Shown here in pieces: positions 58,392 to 64,000 of a DNA stretch of 64,000 bases. The notes beneath the pieces are model-generated. The model was not told the DNA's origin. It made no database searches and was given only the letters and a program-made list of their open reading frames with translations. The translations under genes and the position numbers were made by a program. Source of the stretch: Candidatus Latescibacterota bacterium (lineage in GTDB: Bacteria; Latescibacterota; UBA2968; UBA8231); contig OZ242214.1 of the NCBI GenBank assembly GCA_965206595.1, positions 5,312,001 to 5,376,000 of the forward strand. The letters are read 5' to 3'. Positions within the stretch are counted from its first letter, which is position 1. Each line of letters starts with the position of its first letter.

Positions 58392-59152
58392 ATGAGAACG
58401 ATTGACCTGACGGTCCGCTATTTCCAGGACAGCCCGCCGGAGGGCCGGCCCTACCGCGAGGAGCTGTTCATCAGGCGGGAGACGACCATGTCCCTGCCGG
58501 TCGGCCAGACCGCCCTGGTGCTGGTGGACGTGTGGAAAATCACTTCATAGAAAGCTGGCTGGAGCGGGCGTCGCAGGTGATGCGGGAGGCGCTGGTTCCC
58601 GTCCTCGAAACGGCCAGGGCTGCGGGTCTCACCATCGTACACGCCCCCTGTCCAGAAGTGGCGGCGCAGTACGATCAGCTTGCCTGCCACCAGCCCCCGA
58701 CGTCGCAGCCGGAGCCGGACTGGCCCCCCGCCGGGTTCCGCAACCGGCTGGGGGCCTATGCAGCTTTCCGCGGCCCTCGCGACCAGCCCCCCGGCATTCC
58801 CCGGATCGAATCGCTGGGCATGTCCCCGGCCATCGAGGTCGCGGCCGACGACTTCGTTGTCGCCACCGGCCAGCAGCTGCACGACCTCTGCCGCGAGCGC
58901 GGGATCCTGCACCTGGTGTACGCTGGCTTCGCGACCAACTGGTGTATCCTGGTCCGCGACTATGGGATGCGCGCCATGCGCAGGCGGGGCTACAACCTGA
59001 TTCTGCTTCGCGACGCAACCATGGACGTGGAGTTCCCCGACACCCTCGGCGAATTGATGGCGACGGAGCTGGCGATTCGCGAAGCGGAGCAGCAGATCGG
59101 ATTTTCCGCCTCCAACGAGGATTTCCTCGCGGTCTGCAGGGGCGTGGGTTAG
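58392..59152 (+). pseudogene. Isochorismatase/cysteine hydrolase family, one frameshift
   Basis: TALVLVDVW, then a missing base near 58535; continues ENHFIES...IVHAP...YAGFATNWC...LLRDAT. May be an assembly error. Confidence 0.85.
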
Positions 59153-59199
59153 TTCTGTTTCCGTCTGAAATTCACGCCGAATTGCGCGCAACAGGAGAC

Positions 59200-59777
59200 C
59201 TAGTTGAGCTCCAGGGGCCGCAGCATGCCTTCATACGGTCCGGCCTGCTGGCCTGGACGCATGTAAACCTTGCGCATGTAGTCGAGCGCCCCGGAGATCG
59301 ACTCGAAACTCAACGGCAAGCGCCTTGAACACCGAGGCCTGTGGGGACATCGTCATCTCCATGCGTTCTGCAACGATGCCGTATGCCTGTTAGACCCTGT
59401 TCGAGGTAGTAGCCCAGCAGCGACTCCGCCTCCAGGTGGGCTCTGAAGAGGCCGCATATGAACAGGGTGTAGTCGCCGCAGTGACGCCGCACCTCCACTT
59501 CGCGTTCGAAATGGTAGGGGATCGCCGGGTTCCAGGCGCGCATCAGTTCGAGCAGCATGGCGGCCACCGTTTCCAAGCGCCGGCCGCGAGCGTCGCGGAT
59601 TCGGTAGAGCTCGTCGGCCCGCGCAAAGTCGGCGAGCAGTCTGGTTACGTAGTCGATGAGCTCGCGGCTCTGCAGGCCCAGCATGCCGAACGAAGGGGCC
59701 ACCATGTGCTGGAAAAACCGGCGCAGGCAGGCCTGGGATTCCGCAGTGACCGGCCTGTTTTGAATCGATCTCGACAT
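59200..59777 (-). pseudogene. Conserved hypothetical protein, two frameshifts
   Basis: DYVTRLLADF, RHCGDYTLFICGLF. Shifts near 59392 and 59307 give AYGIVAE...FKALAVEF and ESISGALDYMRKVYM...LELN*. Confidence 0.65.
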
Positions 59778-59932
59778 GTTATACCGTATGCGGGAACGAG
59801 GTCATATGATATCCATCATGCTTTCTCTTCAAAGTAGTCGCCTCGGTTCCGGGTTCCGAAGGACGCTGAAGACCGCGACAGTATCTTGGGGCTCCTCCGA
59901 ATCGATCCCCCCCGCCACGACAGGATAACACC

Positions 59933-60688
59933 GTGTTTCCCGGGCGCAAACTGACGCTGTTGCTCATCCCCGAAGAGGGTGGCCGCACCTACGAACTCAA
60001 GATTCCCCGCATCTTTGTCGGGCTCTCTGCGCTGCTGGCGGCAGGCGCCTGCGTGCTGCTGGTTATCGGCGCCCGCTATCTCTTCGAGGCGCACACCCTC
60101 TCTTCCAAACTGGAGCGGCTGGAGAAGGAACGGCGGCATCTCACCGAGGCGGTAATGCAGATCGACGAGCTCGAGAAAACCCTCGGCCGCCTGCAGAGCC
60201 AGAGTGACCAGCTGCGCCGTATACTGGGCAGCCAAAGCGGCTACCACTCACCGCAGGAAGGTTCGACAACGGACCGCTACCGCGGCCGCTACGTCTCTTC
60301 GGTATTTCGGCTGCAACACGGCCAGGTCCGCACCGTCCCGGCACTGTGGCCTGTCCGGGGAGTGCTTCGCCAACCTTTCGGAAGCAAGGGCGTGCTCATC
60401 GCCACGCCGCCGGGGAGCCTGGTGCGGGCGACCGCACCAGGCCGCGTGACGGAAGCCGGTTTTGACCGGGGGCTCGGCCAGACATTGCGCATCGATCACG
60501 GCAGCGGTCTTTCCACTTGTTACGGCCACAATCGCATCCTCCTGGCCGAAGCCGGGGAGTACGTCTTCCGCGGGCAGCCGATAGCGCTGTCCGGGGCCCC
60601 GCCAAGCGGGGGAGAGCCGGCGATTCATTACGCCGTGTTCGAAAACGGCCGGGCTCGCGACTCCACTCGATTCCGTCTGTGGTTGTGA
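59933..60688 (+). CDS. M23-domain protein (TM plus coiled coil), catalytically degenerate
   Basis: LWPVRG, VRATAPG.V, IDHGSG..TCYGHN, GEYV.RGQ.IA.SG. The HxxxD and HxH ligands are replaced (SKGVLI; PAIHY). Confidence 0.85.
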   Translation: MFPGRKLTLLLIPEEGGRTYELKIPRIFVGLSALLAAGACVLLVIGARYLFEAHTLSSKLERLEKERRHLTEAVMQIDELEKTLGRLQSQSDQLRRILGSQSGYHSPQEGSTTDRYRGRYVSSVFRLQHGQVRTVPALWPVRGVLRQPFGSKGVLIATPPGSLVRATAPGRVTEAGFDRGLGQTLRIDHGSGLSTCYGHNRILLAEAGEYVFRGQPIALSGAPPSGGEPAIHYAVFENGRARDSTRFRLWL

Positions 60689-61073
60689 AACCCCCGCGAA
60701 AAAAGAGGGGGACGGCACCGTTATCGGGCCCGGAGCGCAGGTAGACGGGGTGTTCGATATCGATCATCCCGTCCGCGTCGACGGCAAGCTCAGCGGGCGC
60801 CTGATCACGTCCGGCCCCCTGATCGTAGGTGAAAACGGCTTCGTGGAAGCCGAGGAGATCGAGGTGGGAGAGGCTGTCATCCGCGGCCGCGTTGCGGGCA
60901 GAATCGTGGCCAGCGAGAGGGTCTGCCTGGCCTTGACTTCCCGGTTTCGAGGTTCCGTCAGGACCCCCCACCTGGTGATCGAAGAGGGGGCGCAGGTCGA
61001 GTATTCCTCCCCGGAAGAATCCGGCTCGTCTATTTCCGCGCCTCCGGGTTCCACCGAACGCAACGACTCCTGA
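60685..61073 (+). CDS. Bactofilin (CcmA family)
   Basis: GTVIGPGAQVDG...VRVDG.L.G...LIVGENGFVE...VI.G.V.G...L.IEEGA. The likely GTG at 60685 needs one extra base in the C5/A6/G5 runs to be in frame. Confidence 0.88.
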
Positions 61074-61120
61074 AGGCGGGACTGCGGCGGCCGGGGGGGG
61101 GGGCAGTGCTGGCGCAAAAC

Positions 61121-61160
61121 AGAAAGGGGGTTCCGCTGTTTGGGCGGAACCCCCTTCTAT
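61121..61160. terminator. Terminator hairpin between convergent bactofilin and groEL
   Basis: AAGGGGGTTCCGC-7nt-GCGGAACCCCCTT with A/T-rich flanks. Confidence 0.8.
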
Positions 61161-61180
61161 TTCGTATCGCCTTGAGACGA

Positions 61181-62863
<1,683 letters not shown>

Positions 62864-62890
62864 TCACCGGAACGAAGGACAACAAATAGG

Positions 62891-62917
62891 ATAGCACTCA
62901 CAGGCTTGGAGTGCCAA
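62891..62917. promoter_or_regulatory. CIRCE operator (HrcA site)
   Basis: ATAGCACTC-N9-GAGTGCCAA versus consensus TTAGCACTC-N9-GAGTGCTAA, upstream of groEL. Confidence 0.92.
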
Positions 62918-62946
62918 TTCAGTCTTGTGAGACTTTGAATATAGGG

Positions 62947-63765
62947 ATGACCGAGGAGCGTAGCAACCCGAATCTGCTGGTCTGTCCTGCCGGGACCATC
63001 CCCTACGACAGCGCCTGGCAATGGCAGAAAAGCCTGCGCGAACGCCGCCTTGCCGGGGAACTTCCCGACCTCCTCCTGCTGCTGGATCATCCCCCGAGCT
63101 ACACCCTGGGTCGTTCGACCAGACCGGACCACCTGGAGGCCGCCGAGGGCAGGGGGATATCGATACACAGGATCGAGCGCGGTGGCAGCATCACCTACCA
63201 CGGCCCGGGACAGATCGTCGGCTACCCGATCATCGACCTGCGCCCGAGGGGGCGGGACATTCACCGCTTCATCCGCGAGCTGGAGGAGGTGCTGATCCGG
63301 ACGCTGCTCGAGCTCCGGCTCGGTGCCCGGAGGCGTTCCGGCTTGACCGGGGTCTGGGTTGAAGACAAGAAGATCGTCGCCATCGGGGTACATGTCCGCC
63401 ACTGGATCACCATACATGGCTTTGCGTTGAATGTGACGACCGAGCTCGACCCCTTCCGCTGGATCCGGCCCTGCGGGCTCGACGTCGCCGTAACTTCGGT
63501 TGCGCAGCTTCTGGGGGAGAGCGCTCCCGGCATCGACGAGGTCCGCGCCATCGTCAGACGCCAATTCGAAGCGGTGTTCGGATGCCGCAGCGAGCTGGTC
63601 GAGCCGGAGCAGCTGGGGCTTTACCCGATGGTCGGGGGGAATTCCATCCCAGAGAGAGGTGCAGAGGTGGAGCCTGGGGGAACGGACATCGGCAAATTGC
63701 CGTTTCCACAGGCAGCGGTTACCTTCGGGAAATTTGGCGACCAAGTCGCCCGCAAGAACGGATAG
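62947..63765 (+). CDS. lipB: Lipoyl(octanoyl) transferase
   Basis: LLLDHPPSYTLGR, RGGSITYHGPGQ, KIVAIGV, HGFALN, I.PCG. Confidence 0.96.
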   Translation: MTEERSNPNLLVCPAGTIPYDSAWQWQKSLRERRLAGELPDLLLLLDHPPSYTLGRSTRPDHLEAAEGRGISIHRIERGGSITYHGPGQIVGYPIIDLRPRGRDIHRFIRELEEVLIRTLLELRLGARRRSGLTGVWVEDKKIVAIGVHVRHWITIHGFALNVTTELDPFRWIRPCGLDVAVTSVAQLLGESAPGIDEVRAIVRRQFEAVFGCRSELVEPEQLGLYPMVGGNSIPERGAEVEPGGTDIGKLPFPQAAVTFGKFGDQVARKNG

Positions 63766-63780
63766 CGACTCATACTCATC

Positions 63781-64000
63781 ATGACCGATTGGCGACCTTC
63801 AGTACCAGTTCGGGGGCAGCGGATCAACGCCGGAAACGGCGGTCTGCACGTTCCCGACAATCCCATAATTCCATTCATAGAGGGGGACGGCACCGGGCCC
63901 GACATATGGGCCGCGGCGGCCAAGGTTTTCGACGCGGCCCTCGGGAAGGCCTACGGTGGCCGCCGCGGCATCGCCTGGATGGAAGTGCTTGCCGGTCAGA
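63781..64000 (+). CDS. icd: NADP-dependent isocitrate dehydrogenase (5' part, runs off window)
   Basis: [22 protein letters not shown]...[16 protein letters not shown]. Confidence 0.95.
   Translation, partial: MTDWRPSVPVRGQRINAGNGGLHVPDNPIIPFIEGDGTGPDIWAAAAKVFDAALGKAYGGRRGIAWMEVLAGQ

Noticed and set aside
61093-61103. G11 homopolymer
   Set aside because: Lies between convergent 3' ends next to a terminator; no promoter or frame to modulate.

Overview
High-GC bacterial chromosomal segment. The secreted FlgD-Ig proteins, the C-terminal 'TAVE.SW..IK' tails and the PhyH and sulfotransferase genes suggest Ca. Latescibacterota or a related lineage; this is inference. The backbone is housekeeping and metabolic: sthA, a transketolase-like gene, cyclophilin, a GlmU-like gene, glmS, oligoendopeptidase F, a uxuA-like gene, phoX, an EndoQ-UvrD fusion, ltaE, comM, M23 plus bactofilin, groEL with a CIRCE operator, lipB and the start of icd. 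Two complete IS elements have mappable ends: an IS630 inside an ECF sigma gene and an IS1380 inside a DUF2971 gene. The most striking locus is a compact cluster at ~16.2-19.6 kb. It encodes an FMN-binding CxxC protein, two TlpA-like thioredoxins, an A24 prepilin peptidase and a 127-aa precursor. The precursor joins a Flp-pilin-like leader (FIMSESG|RVNPEQG plus a hydrophobic helix) to a 9-Cys core with defensin-like (CSab) spacing, and the cluster lies behind a poly-C promoter-like element. Notable non-coding signals are orphan tandem NrdR-like boxes next to a long hairpin, a sigma54-driven candidate sRNA with a downstream 29-aa peptide, and a duplicated hairpin ahead of two tandem secreted paralogs. 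Many accessory genes carry single-base frameshifts, which may reflect real decay or assembly error. All calls come from reading the sequence; no database searches were run.
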